Part shown: one piece after another, positions 47,813 to 60,316 of the stretch
Numbering within the stretch: the stretch's first letter is position 1
How the letters are laid out: each line of letters begins with the position of its first letter
Source of the DNA: Mustelus asterias
Taxonomy: Eukaryota
Length of the DNA: 64,000 nucleotides
Assembly (NCBI RefSeq): GCF_964213995.1
Contig: NC_135802.1
Location: forward strand, 137,764,001 to 137,828,000
Direction of reading: 5' to 3'
The notes under the pieces: generated by a model
Seen by the model: the letters and a program-made list of their open reading frames with translations, nothing else
Databases searched by the model: none
Told to the model about the DNA's origin: nothing
Translations under genes and position numbers: made by a program

Positions 47813-49371
47813 TTTGAGAATGGAATTTTTTGTTTTTAAATCCCCAAGTGTCCAACCAGATAGACAGTGGCAGGTTATTATCCTAAAATCATTTAAAAAT
47901 TGATTTGGAGAAGCGTCGGCCATGCAGGTCATCGTGCCTGTTCTGTCACTGTGAAAGAGCCATCCATTTAGCCCCACCCTCCGACTCATTCACAATCCTG
48001 CAAACTCTTCCTTTTCAGTTTTACCCAACTGCATTTTGAAGGTTGCTATGAATCTGCTTCCTGGTCTTTTAAAATATATCTTTGGAAAATCTGCAATTTA
48101 GAAATCAACTTTGTCTCAGCTGTCTTGTAATTTTAACTTCTGGTGCCGGAAAAAAAACCAGGTGACAGCGAATTGGCGACCTGTTTTGCAGATTACCCAA
48201 TTTCTTTTGCTGAGAAAGGAAAATGTTGCAAAGTGTAAGATGGGTTATTGATCTTCTTGTGGCTGATTTCCCCAACATCCTGGGGTTACCAATGGCCAGA
48301 AGCTGAGCTGGATAAGCCAAATATGTAGTGTGGATACAAGAGCAGATCAGAAGCTGGGAATTCTGTGGTGAATAACTTACTTCTTGACTTCCCAAAGCCT
48401 GTTGGCCATCTACAAAGCTCAAGTCAGGAATGTGATGGAATACTCTCCACATCCCGGGTTGACTGCGGCTCCTGCGACACTCACGAAGCTCGACACCATC
48501 CAGGTCAAAGTAGATGCTTTGATCAGCACTCCATCTATTAACTGCACTGCAGCAACTCTCCAAGGCTCCTTTGACAGCCTTCCAAACCTATGGCCTTTAC
48601 CACCTAAAAGGACAAGGGTAGCAGACACATGGGAACCTCACCAGCTACAAGTTCCCCTCCAAGTCACTCACCATGCTGGCTTGGAAATATATTGTTGTTC
48701 ATTCATTCATTGTATCGACACTACATGGACTGTAGTGGTTCAAGAAGTGGCTCACCTCATCACCTTCTCAAGGGGCAACTGTGGATAGACAATAAAAACT
48801 GTCCTTGCCTGCACTGCTCGCATCTTGAGAGCGAATTTAAAAACATCTTAACTCCCGTCGTGTCATTGTGGTGGATGGAGGTTCATTAATTTGTTGATTT
48901 GATCATATTATGAGGACAACTGATTTCAATTTTGAAAACTGTACATTCTTTATATTCAAGAGAAGTCCGAGGTATTTAGTTTAGGGTAAGAGATAATTAC
49001 TTTCAGCAGATGCCAGCATACCAGAGTGAACTATTCCAGAGTTGTAAAGCAGGTAGAAAAGCAACAGAGAAATAATTCATATTTTTATGGAGCCATTAGG
49101 CATCCTCAGAATGTGCTAAAACATTTCACAACCAGTGAATTACTGTTGACGTTTGGTCACAGCTTTATAATCAAATTTGTACCCAACACTGCTGCACAAG
49201 CAGCAAATGTTAGATCACCAGTTCATCCAATTTGGTGATTTTGTTTAAGGGCTGAATGTGGCTTTCAGCTTTGAGAAAAATCTCTCATTCTCCTTTGAAT
49301 AGTGCCATGGAATGTTTTATGGACACTTCTGAGGGCAATAGCTCAAAAGATAAAGATCAAAAGCTCATTAC

Positions 49372-50361
49372 CTCGCCATGTTCTTCAGTGGGAGTCACTT
49401 CATTCTCTTTGTCAGTCTCTTCTTCCACAGAACTGTCTTCCAACTCCTGATGTATGTCATCATTTTGGAATTCATCTTCTTGGCGATGAAAATATTTATC
49501 TTCATGATTTTCTTTCATTCGATCAAGGTCTTGCTCCCCTTCTTCTGCAGGGTCAGCAATGTCTTCTTTTACCTGGTGGTGAGTTCCAGTTTCTTCACTC
49601 ATCGTCTCTTCTTTATCAGGAAGATCATTCCGAAGAAAATCGTTTTCTTGATTCTCTACCATTTGATCAATATCTTCCACCTCTTCTTCTGCAGGGTCAG
49701 AAATTTCCTCTTCTATCGGTTGATCAATTCCATTTTCTTCACCCATCATCTCTTTTTTATGAGGAAGATCATTCTGATGAAAATCTTTTTCTTCTTGATT
49801 CTCTTTTGTTTGATCAATATCTTCCACCTCTTCTTCTGCAGGGTCAGAAATTTCTTCTCCTTGATGATCAATTCCAGTTTCTCCATCTACTGTCTCTTCT
49901 TTATCAGGAAGATCATTCTGTTGAAAATGTTTATCTTCTTGATTCTCTTCCGTCTGATCAATATCTTCCACCTCTTCTTCGGCAGGGTCGGAAATTTCTT
50001 CTTCTATTGGTTGATCAATGTCATTTTCTTCACCCATCATCTCTTTTTTATGAGGAAGATCATTCTGATGAATATATTTATCTTCTTGATTCTCTTCCGT
50101 CTGATCAATACCTTCCACCTCTTCTACTTCTTCAGGGTCAGAAATTTCTTCTTCTTCACTGGTCTTCCCTTCTTTATGAGGAAGGTCATGCTGATGAAGA
50201 TCTTCCTCTACGTGACAACTCGTAAAGATTTCTTCGTCATTGAAAACACCATTTCGAAGTCTTCGCTCCATGTTTGGAGAATCTCCATCTCCGCCGTGGC
50301 TACTTTCCTCTCTACAGAGTTCTGGTGGATCCTCCTCCTGATCTACAGTCTCTGCAGGCCT
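49372..50361 (-). CDS. DCDC2: DCDC2 internal exon (990 nt, phase 0-0) with an expanded acidic tandem repeat
   Basis: Branch point/acceptor ctcactaactgctcttctactttgctcag|AGG CCT GCA GAG ACT GTA GAT CAG GAG GAG GAT gives RPAETVDQEED, matching remembered human DCDC2 DQ|RPAEIVDEEED. Open for 330 codons to the donor GAG|gtaatg. Convergent synteny with NRSN1 supports the call. Confidence 0.85.
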
Positions 50362-50473
50362 CTGAGCAAAGTAGAAGAGCAGTTAGTGAGAACAACACAC
50401 AAGAAGCTAAAACATCTCAAGTGCCAAAATGTCACCGATCAGCAATGGGAGAGTCAAATTACTTTCTATTCAA

Positions 50474-50962
50474 GGATGTGGAGGGTAAAAAGGAGATTTA
50501 CAAGGATGCTGCCAGTAATGGAGAATTTTAGATATGAGGAAATATTGGATAGGCTGGGGTTGGTAGGATTGGAACAGAGGAGGCTAGGGCAGGTTTAATC
50601 AAATTATGAGGGGCCTAGCTAGAGTGGTGAGGAAGGGTCTGTTTCTCTTAGTTGACAGATGAATAACCAGTGGGCATAGATTCAAAGTAATTGGTAGAAA
50701 GAATAAAGGGGAGGTGAGGAGAAATATTTTCACCCTGAGGGTGATGCGACACGGACCTCACTGCCTGAAAGGTTAGTAGAGGAGGAAGTCCTCATTTCAT
50801 TTCAAAAATAATTGGATATGCATTTAAAGTGCTGTCATCCACAGGGACCACAGGACCAAGAGCTGAAAGGCAGGATTAGGCTGGGTAGCTCGATTTTGAC
50901 CAGCACTAACATAATGCGCTGAATGGTCTCCTTCTGCTTCATGTGTTTATATTTCTATGTAT
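50474..50962 (+). mobile_element. Old CR1 3' fragment
   Basis: RVKRRFTRMLP...YEEILDRLGL...EQRRL. Confidence 0.8.
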
Positions 50963-51499
50963 GAACAAATACACAAATCTTATAACGAGTGACTTTCGCA
51001 AAAGATTCACAAAACAGATACTAAAAAGTAAGGGCGGGCAAATACCCACAGACAAATGCTTAACACACGCATGTAACACTTTTCTGTTGGCTATTTAAAT
51101 GAAAGGGCTAGTCCACTTCAAAGTAAGCAGGTTAACAATGCGTCTATGAAAATAGTGGATAGAGGAATGGCATACCAACTTAGAAACAGTTCATCCATTA
51201 ATATCATCAACAGCAGCAATAACTGGACTCCCTCTTGGTTGAAGAACGGGTCATCTTATATAGAAGACAAATGGATTAACAGATAATGGAGGCAGGGTCA
51301 AAGTGCTCTCCTGGACAGGTATGAATTGCTTGAAAGCAATTTCCCGGGGATATTTTTCCCCCTCTTCTTGCCCTGTTTTTTTTCCCAGTTGTGTTTCCTC
51401 TCCCAGGAGATTACATCACAGGCAAAGGGAGGAAGGAGGCCAGGAGTGGAGGTGGAGGGCTGGAGATATTAGTGACTAGTAGAGAAATCACTAACGACT

Positions 51500-52430
51500 A
51501 GCTGACAGATACAGTAAATAATTATAAAGGTGAATGGAATGTTGGCCTGTATTTCATAGGTGCCGGAACACAAATGAATGGAAGTTATGTTATAGTTATT
51601 TAACATAACTGGTTAATTGGACACATTTAGAGAACTACATTCAGTTTTCTGCATCACATTTCAGAAAGGATATATTGGCTTCAGATGGGGTGCACTGCAG
51701 GTTCATCAAAATGATACCTGTGCTAAAAGGATAACAAATAGGATTGTATGCCCTTGAATGTAGAAGATGAAGACATGGTAAAGTAATACAATTAAATCGT
51801 TGATAAAGTGAATTGGGCAGCACGGTGGCACAGTGGTTAGCGCTGTTGCCTCACAGTGCCAGGGACCTGGGTTCAATTCTCGGCTGGGTCACTATCTGTG
51901 TGGAGTTTGCACATTCTCCCTGTGTCTGTGTAGATTTCCTCCCACAGTCCAAAAGACCTGCTGGTTAGATGCATTGGCCGTGCTAAATTCTCCCTCAGTG
52001 TACCCGAACAGGCACCGGAGTGTGGCGACTAGGGGATTTTCACAGTAACTTTATTGCAGTGTTAATGTAAACCTACTTGTAACACTAATAAATGAACTTA
52101 AACTTAAAGATTACTTTCTCAAGTGGGGAGTCCAGAATAAGAAGGCATAATCTTAAAATTAGAGCTTGGCTGTTCGGGTTGATGTCATGGAGCACTCCTT
52201 CACACACAGGTTAGTGGAAATCTAGAACCATTTCCTCCAAGCAGGTATTGAGGCTAGGTTCATTTCAAATTCCAAAATTAAGATTAATAGTTTTTTATTC
52301 GGGCAGGTTATTAAGGGTTACAGAACAAAGGTGGGTAGGTAGGCAGAATTAAGATACAGGATGTCCAAGATGCAACTGACTGGTGGAAGTGGTTTATGAG
52401 GTGAATAGCCTACCCCTTGTCCTTATATTC
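51500..52430 (+). mobile_element. Old CR1 3' fragment containing a SINE
   Basis: Degenerate cagttttctgcatcacatttcagaaaggatata and ggggagtccagaataagaaggcataatcttaaaattagagc. Confidence 0.7.
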
Positions 52431-53849
52431 CAGCCACAATGTGTGTGAGGCAGACCTTATCATAAAGCTGCTCTTTTCTTCTCCATCAACTTCGTATGTT
52501 CATATGTAATAGTAATTTCTAGTTTTAAATGCTCAGTAAGAACTGACACATCTTATACTTTAGTAACAAAACTGAGGAATCCTGTACAGTGTCCCAAATC
52601 TGGCTGTCCAAAAACCAGACATTTTTAAATATGCCATGCATATTTTTATTGGCTAGGCACTACACTGGCACAGTGTGGCACTTGACAAGTTATCCCTCTC
52701 GCCACTTGTGAGACGGTCTATTCCGAGTGACCCTTGACCCCACCCGACCCAGCTTGACCCAACCCAAAATCCAGCAAGACCTGAAATCCAGTACAGCTAC
52801 AGTCCAGAGGTTGCCAGCTTTTGAGATATGGGACTAAAATGCATATTCAGGGATATGCATTTTTGGAATGGAGAGAAAAATATCATTATTCATCTGAGAA
52901 GACCAGAACATTAGTAGATGTGTTCTGTATACTAACTACAAGTAAAGTCTTCAATAAAATTTAACGGTGGGAAATTAATTCCCAACTCATTCTGAAAAGG
53001 ATGATGTATTTTATACATAAAGAAATATATGGGAATATTCATTAAAATAGTACATCCTGTGCCCATTTGCTGCACGTCTTACTTCCACTCAAATTTCCTG
53101 GTTACACTTAAAGGTCTACAGAAATAAAGGCTCTTTGGAAATGCAGTCAACCTCTCCAAAATTAGAAACTCCGAGGATCAGAATGTGTGCAGACTCCAAA
53201 TTCAGTTTGCCAATCTTACTTTAGAAAAAGAACAAAGGTAAGTTTTTGACCTGTAGCCTGAACAACATTTCATGAACAGGATTCTCCGATCTTGTCCGGC
53301 TACAAGTGGGGACAGAGAATTTGGCGTCCCAGCCAAAACTCCATTCACTTTCAGTGACACCGGAGAATCCCAGCCGCGGACGAGGACGGAGATTCTCGGC
53401 ACATGTCTCAATGCACTCATCCACGACTTACTTAACAACAACCAGACTTTGGGCCTTTGAAAGGACACAGCTTCATTTTGGCAGTGGGATATATTGTGCA
53501 TAGCGCTTCTTCTTCAATGAGAAAATGAAGTGAGTGTAAAATAAATACTATATTGAACAAATTAATTATTTCTATATTTAAAGTCCTGTATGAACATTCA
53601 TCCCTTGTCCAAAATCCTTATTTCATATTGTCAGAACATTGCCTTCCACACCCTTCCCACTCATACCATCACTGTGACTTGTACTGTTGGCTGAAGCCTC
53701 CTTTATCACTGGTAAGAACCTGCTGTTTTCTGTTTACCTGCTAATTGTAGTTATTACTGTACAATGACAGACCACCGCATCCACTGCCGAGAGTACATAG
53801 TGTATCTACAATGTGCATGAAAGTAGCTATTAACATAGTGACAGTAAAT

Positions 53850-55450
53850 GACACCACTGTGAACCCGTCAATGATCGAGGTGAAGCGGCGTACTGCGTTC
53901 ACACATATTCTCACGTGGTGCTCCCAGTGTTGCCTCAGAGGAAGAGTAACCAGGTTGCGTACCTCTCCAGCTATACGGCATCACAGAGCATGGTGGCCAT
54001 CCTTGTCATGCAGGAACCTACCTGAGAATATGGGCTCTGAATTTCTGCAGGGCTAACAGTTGTCACTGTGAAGGTACTACAGACGAGGGCTCTGGTAGAG
54101 GGACCAATCTCCAGAATCCTGGGGCAGCTTCAGGCAGGTTAGATGGAGCTGGCTGCTGGGGTGTAGCAAGCGTCTTTTCCAGTCACCATCATGCCACCAG
54201 TGTGAACGTCCTGTGTTAGACACACTGCTCCTCACTGCATGGAGAGCAGTGTTCATTCTCTGAATGGCCTGCTCCAGGTTACTGCGTGAGCCTTGAACCT
54301 TTTGAAGGATATCACGCCTGCACTTAATGTGATGTTGCATCTGTCTCACCATGGAACTCACCATTCCCTCACGGATGGAGCTCATGTGAACGCGTCTCAT
54401 CAGCATGTTGGACTCCTCCATGTTAAGCGCATGAGCTCTCATTGCCTCAGGGAACTCCTTCAGAGCTCTGTACACCTGTTACTGCCACTCTAAGTATTCA
54501 CGAGGACCAACTTCAAAGTCTACTGGAGTATCAACGTGACTGCCCTCCATCCTCCAAGATGGATTGTACATTGATGTTTCTGACTTAGTCACCTTCTCCT
54601 GCACTCTTGTGCGGTGCCCTTTACCTTGTGTCGCCAACTCTTAACGTACGCAATATCTCTCTAATCTGCTACTAACTATGTTGGCAGAGGGGGTGGATGC
54701 GACATCGCTTCCTCGCACATCTCTTCCCATTCCTGATGCCCAGAGTCCAGCTAACCCGGGGGGCAGGGACGGGGGTGTAGTGGGACAGTAACAATGGGGT
54801 CTTGCACATCAATGCATCTTGGCACTTGGCACCTGAATCAGTGATTCAACATCCCTAGTAACAAGCTCAGAGGCACCTTCACAATCTCCATTGATGCAGC
54901 TAAGTGCAACATCCTTATCAACATCCAGTATGTGCCATCTCGATGGCATTAGGAGTCCTTTTTCCTGCAACTACAATACGAAAGTAATGTAAGCCCATTC
55001 TGTTCTGGATCCATCCTCATCAATGTACAGATGGACTCCAGTGGGCATTCTCATGTCACCCCATAACTAGTTGGCCCTACATGAGTACCACAACCATCCA
55101 CTCATCCATGTTCTAGGAGAGGTGTGTGCCAAGTGTGCTCCAGAGGGTGCAGGATTTAGCTGTCATCTATCACAGGGATATGCCAAAAAAACTCACCTTG
55201 CCAAAATGCAGCAGGTCATGGAACCAGTTGCACCATTGGATCCACAGACAATAGTATTCCCCTACTGCTCTTACCGAGGATTCACTCTCCTGCAAAGCTC
55301 ACTTCAAAAGCATCCCCCTTTCCTCTGGGAGAGATTACTTCCCTCCCCCACTGCACCTCCTGGATTTGAACCTGGAGGTCCTGCTCACAGAGCTGGGGCG
55401 CAGTACCTCCAGGACCTCTGCTGTCCTCCTCTGCAACATACCACATAGTA
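53850..55450 (-). mobile_element. Degenerate PIF/Harbinger-type Myb/SANT ORF remnant
   Basis: APQLCEQDLQVQIQEVQWGREVISP (55282-55539 ORF) resembles the Myb/SANT-like start; coiled-coil-like 54077-54475 lies downstream. Confidence 0.45.
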
Positions 55451-55599
55451 ATGGGGAAAGCACATGGGCAAGTAAGGTTTCTCACTTCATTTAGCACAAC
55501 ATGTAACCTTTGCCTATTCATAAGCAGGGACCTGATCATCTACTTATGCATAGCTGATGTGGGGGGAGTGTGGATGTGGGGGGAGTGTGAATGTTGGGT

Positions 55600-55775
55600 G
55601 AAAAAAAATTTCTGCAGATGCTAGAATCTGAAACCAAAAGAGAAAATGCTGGAAAATCTCAGCAAGTCTGGCAGCATCTGTAAAGAGAGAAAAGAGCCGA
55701 TGTTTCAAGTCCAGATGACCCTTTGTCAAAGCTCAAAAGAAAGCTTTGACAAAGGATCATTTGGACTCGAAATGG
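55600..55775. mobile_element. Penelope-derived fold-back end with two UUGACAA hammerhead cores head to head
   Basis: On -: gagct-TTGACAA-a-gggtc atctg gactt-GAAA-ca-TC-ggctc (about 55694-55734). On +: aagct-TTGACAA-a-ggatc atttg gactc-GAAA (truncated). Confidence 0.75.
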
Positions 55776-56125
55776 AGGTCAGGGATAAGAGGGACCCTGG
55801 GCATTGGAGGTCAGGGATAAGAGGGACCCTGGGCATTGCCAGTTTGGCAATGCCAGCCTGGCCCCCTGGCACTGCCCAAAGGGCAAAGTGGCAATGCCCA
55901 AGGGAAAACCTTGGCACTGCCCACCAGGCATTGAGCAGTGCCAAGGGGGCAAGACCCAATTGAAGAATGCAGGAACTGTGACCTTTATATCAGGCCCAAG
56001 ACTGGATCCACTCCTAGTCATCAGGGACCACTTCTGCCTCACTTCTGGACTAATGAAAAAACCAGTGGGAGTGACTCCAGTTTTTACACGAATTCGATTC
56101 TTAGAATTTTTGGGGGAGAATCCCA
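55773..56125. repeat. Tandem ~32-bp duplication plus ggcactgcc/ggcattgcc-rich DNA-transposon end
   Basis: tggaggtcagggataagagggaccctgggcat x2; end motif cttagaattttttgggggagaatcccaccca is shared with about 30570-30600. Confidence 0.55.
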
Positions 56126-59100
56126 CCCAAGCACTTTCAAAGCTTGTGTTATTGTGACATCTGAGTCGACATTTCCTGTCGATTATTTTTGGTTGATCAA
56201 TGTATTCCATCTCTTGGTCAGTGGCATAGCCTCAACTAACCTCAAACAGCTTGGAGTGCTTGTGTAGGTTCACAAATCACAGGTCCACGACACCACTTTG
56301 CAGTTGAGTACTTTGGTCCACATGGCTTTACAAATGAAAACCATGGCAACCCCAAGGCAGCCAGAGCAAAAGCTGAAGGTACAGGCAACACACTGCAGAC
56401 TCATTCTTGTGAGAAGGAACAGAATGTTCTTTTAATTCATTAAAACCAGTGAAGCTTGTTGAATGCCGATTTGAAAAACAAACTCCACAAAACAGCTGTA
56501 TTAATTATTAAGCAAAGGTAAGGGAAGGGGGGGAGGGAGTAATTCAAGACCAAAATTTGATATCCAGACTAAGAGTATACTGAAGAAAATGGCTGATTGA
56601 CAAATTGGAAAACAAACAATTAGTGGTTAGTGAAGGGAGATTTTCTTCACATTAAATAATCTTAATTGAAGATTACAACCAAACTAATCCCCAGCAATCC
56701 CACCTATAACCCACACCGAATGTTCAGGATCCTCCCTTCCCCATCTTGGCGCTCACCCCAAGACTGGAAAATCTCACCCAAGGTCAATGGATTTTTGCAT
56801 GGTCTGTGCCCTGCCCTGTACGATTCCCATGGCAGGCGGGATGGGAAAATTCCACCCCCCCTGAGTCTATTGGATTGGTCCATGATTACGCTTGGCAAAT
56901 AGTGCAGTATGGCTGAGCATGAGACTCTCCCACTCGGTATATTGGAAGGGTTTGCAGGCTGATAAGCTACCTCTTTGGCCATGTTATGAACGCCTCTTCT
57001 GTGACCATCAAGTCCCAGAGTGGGACTTGAACCCAGAGCCAAAATCTTCAGAAGACAGTTAGGAAAGTTGGCTGACAAGCAATGCTACAATATATTTTTT
57101 TATTTATTAGTGTCACAGGTAGGCTTACATTAACACTGCAATGAAGTTACTGCGAAAATCCCCTAGTCGTCACACTCCGGCACCTGTTCGGGTACACTGA
57201 GGGAGAATTTTGCATAGCCTCATATAATGAACTATTTATTAATTGTTTTCTGACTCAGAGCAGAAGTAATTCCTTCAATAATAAAAATGGAGCCATGGAT
57301 TTCAAGCTGCGGAAAGATGTCTAAAATGTGGAATTGTGAAATAAAATCATTCCCAGTGCTGTGATGAAGCTGAACATTGAAGAAAACCAAATTGTTCAGC
57401 AGCAAATAACATGGCCCTCACAGTGTTTGGAATGTCATTGCACAGAAATGGTACTGATGGCATGGGGCATCTATCTCGAGCCATTTAATCAGATGAGAAA
57501 TGGTGACTGTGAAGCCGGCAAGCTTCACACAAATGTTCTCATTGGATTGGGAAACTCCCCCCATCCCCCCACCCACACCCACCCCCCCGTGCAGCATGTT
57601 TTGGAGAGAGCCTGCCATTTGTCAGTGGTGAGATCTTGTGGTCCCACCACTGCCAACAGGTTTTCTGTTTCTCACACCCTCCGCTGCTGGAGAAGCCACA
57701 GCGCGGGGTCACCCTGGACTGCCAGTGGGAATGGCCAGAAAATTTTGACCAATGTCTCCCTAGCTGTTTCAATTTGTCTTATTTGTCTATGCTTTTGTCC
57801 TTGTAATTCCTTGTCAAGCTTTGGCGCTCTTTCCTGGAATTCTTGTTCCTCCCGTTCCTGCTTTCTTGCCTGAAACTCGAACTCTAGCCTCTGCTCTTCT
57901 TGGTTAATTGGGTCTGTTTCAGGTTCTGGGCGAAAAGAGAAATGCTCAGCCAGCATTTACAGCAGGTCAGGCTTTTTTGCCCTTTGTTTTATACTTAAAT
58001 TCCACCTGCTTAATTATTGCTTTCGGCTGTTCAACTGTTAAAGAGTTGTTAAGTTATGGCAAGTTAAATCCTCCTGTTCAATTACTGACTCCTCTGGATC
58101 AAGTCAGAGGGAAGCAAATGCGTTGGAACAGAAGCAGCAGGGCTTGATTGCATCTGAGCTCTGGTTAGCAAAGACTTTCCAGATTTAAATAGAGAAAGTG
58201 CCCAAGCATGCAGACCAAAAGTGAGGGGGATGCCTCACCCAGTAGAAGTGCATCAGGGGTATGCAACAGAGGCTGGGCAGCCACCAGTAGTGTCCCAGAA
58301 GACATGGAAAGGGTTGGGGCAAAATCTATCTGCAAGGTGCTAAACCATAAGACAAACAGCACTTGTGGAAACCACAAGGGAATTACGAGTGCAGAATGTG
58401 GGGAACAGCCCACTGAACAACCAGTGGTCGGGATCAATATCTAATCTTCCCAAGTCCAGAAATTCAGCTTCAGAACCCACTGGAGACAAGGTCCTGGAGG
58501 AGACCCCAGATACAGGGGTTCAAGGACAGTTCACCTCCCATTATCACCGTGGAAATAAGAATTGTCAATGGACCTTAACCTGAACTAATCAAGCCGTGGA
58601 TTGTAGAAAAAGCCATCAAAGAATGAGGGCTTTACAGGCAGGGCAACTATGCAGTAACATGAACTTGCACAGTAATAAGCACTGTCCTCCAGCAGCCTGT
58701 GATCTGTTGCAGGATGGCAGAGTCAAACCTGGTGCTCCACTAACTCCACAACTCACCAGAAGTCACATATCTGCAGGTATTAAACTTCCAAAAGTAACAC
58801 ACAAAATGTTAGTGAAAATTCAAAAATGCTTGCTGCCGTTATTTAAAATGACCACACATTCTAGGGTGAGAGCTAAGAAACATATTGATCTTCATCGCCA
58901 AAATCCACACTGTTTACAGACAGTGAGGGAAAGGGTACAAGGGTTTCAGTTCTCTCACAACCCTGTCCGTGACAAACAACACTCAAGAAGCTTGACACTA
59001 TCCAGGATAAAGTAGCCCGCTAGTTTTGCAGTGGAGGTCCAAAGCATATTGTTCTGGCATGGGTTTGGATGTGGGAATACTGACGGGGGATTGAGTTATT

Positions 59101-60316
59101 TGAGCAAAGAAAGAAAGGTGGAATTTTACGGCCCCCATCGTGGCGGAGGCAGGGCTGTAAAATGCAGGAGTTGTGGAAAAGTCCATTGACTTTGGCGGGA
59201 CTGTAAAATCCCACCAGCGTAAAACTCCGCCCATGGGACTTGGGGCAATGATAGGGTCTATGAGCACCATTAAAGTCTGGACACTTTGGAGGATCCAGGA
59301 ATGGGCAGAGTTTTATTTGAAGTATGGGATTTACCTTTTCTACACTGCTCACTATCTTATAAAGCTCCTGCACTCAAATCCTCTCGCCATGAAGGCAAAC
59401 ATGCCATTTGCCATCTTTACCACTTGCTGCACCTGCATGCTTACCTTTAGCGACTGGTGTACGAGGACAACCAGGCTTCGTTGCACATTCCCCTCTCTTA
59501 ATTTACTGCCATTCAGATAAAAGTTTTATATTTGGTGTCAAACCTACTTCCAGCTCTACTAACAACCAGGTTCCACCCTTAAAGACACCAGGCATTAATA
59601 GAAAGAAACAATTAAAAAATGCTATTATTTTTCTTTGCTAGTTTATTGAAGATCATAGAAATCATAGAAATCATAGAAACCCTACAGTGCAGAAGGAGGC
59701 CATTCGGCCCATCGAGTCTGCACCGACCACAAATCCCACCCAGGCACGTTACATTTGTGATTATGTAAAATAATTTTCAGCAGAAAATTATGGCCTCACC
59801 CATCGAGAGCACAAATTCTAAGCGCATTTTAGCCACAATTTCCCAATTAATCCCCATACGTTTTTCCTTCTTCTTGTTCTCTGCAGATCAGTCATTGCTA
59901 AATAAATGAAATTCAGTCCTTGTCCACTCCACTTAGACAGGATTTTACTAATCTGAAAAAAATCCTCATGCACTGTATAAAAAAAAACACAAACACGCAA
60001 TCTACGTTTGTCACCTGTGGGCCATTAGATGAATGAAGTATTTATAATCTGGGCACTGGGGTCTGAGCTGAGAGATGATACTTGGTAACATGCAATGTTG
60101 GCCGAGGTAATATTACCCATATTTGATTTCAATTCCAAATTCAATTTCAAAGAAAATTAAAGCCAGTTCTGCATTACTATCAATTAGATTTTGATTCACA
60201 TTTATCAATTTGACTTACTAACAGATTGGTGTGGAATTGAGGCCCAAAAACAAGATAATTCAGTTTATCTGCAATATTGGCTGTTGCAAATTGTCAATCT
60301 AATGCTTTAAGACAAA

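Noticed and set aside
48105-48180. APEVKIT peptide resembling human DCDC2 PEVKIT
   Set aside because: Lies in an ORF that is mostly antisense LINE sequence, has no clear in-frame acceptor, and the match is short enough to be chance.
49302-50598. Long + strand ORFs of 307 aa and 406 aa (Leu/Phe-rich)
   Set aside because: Antisense shadows of the purine-rich DCDC2 repeat exon; the longer one runs into a CR1 fragment.
57672-57956. E/Q/R-rich coiled-coil ORF, possibly a Gypsy gag remnant
   Set aside because: Too short and degenerate to assign; no pol or paired LTRs recognised.
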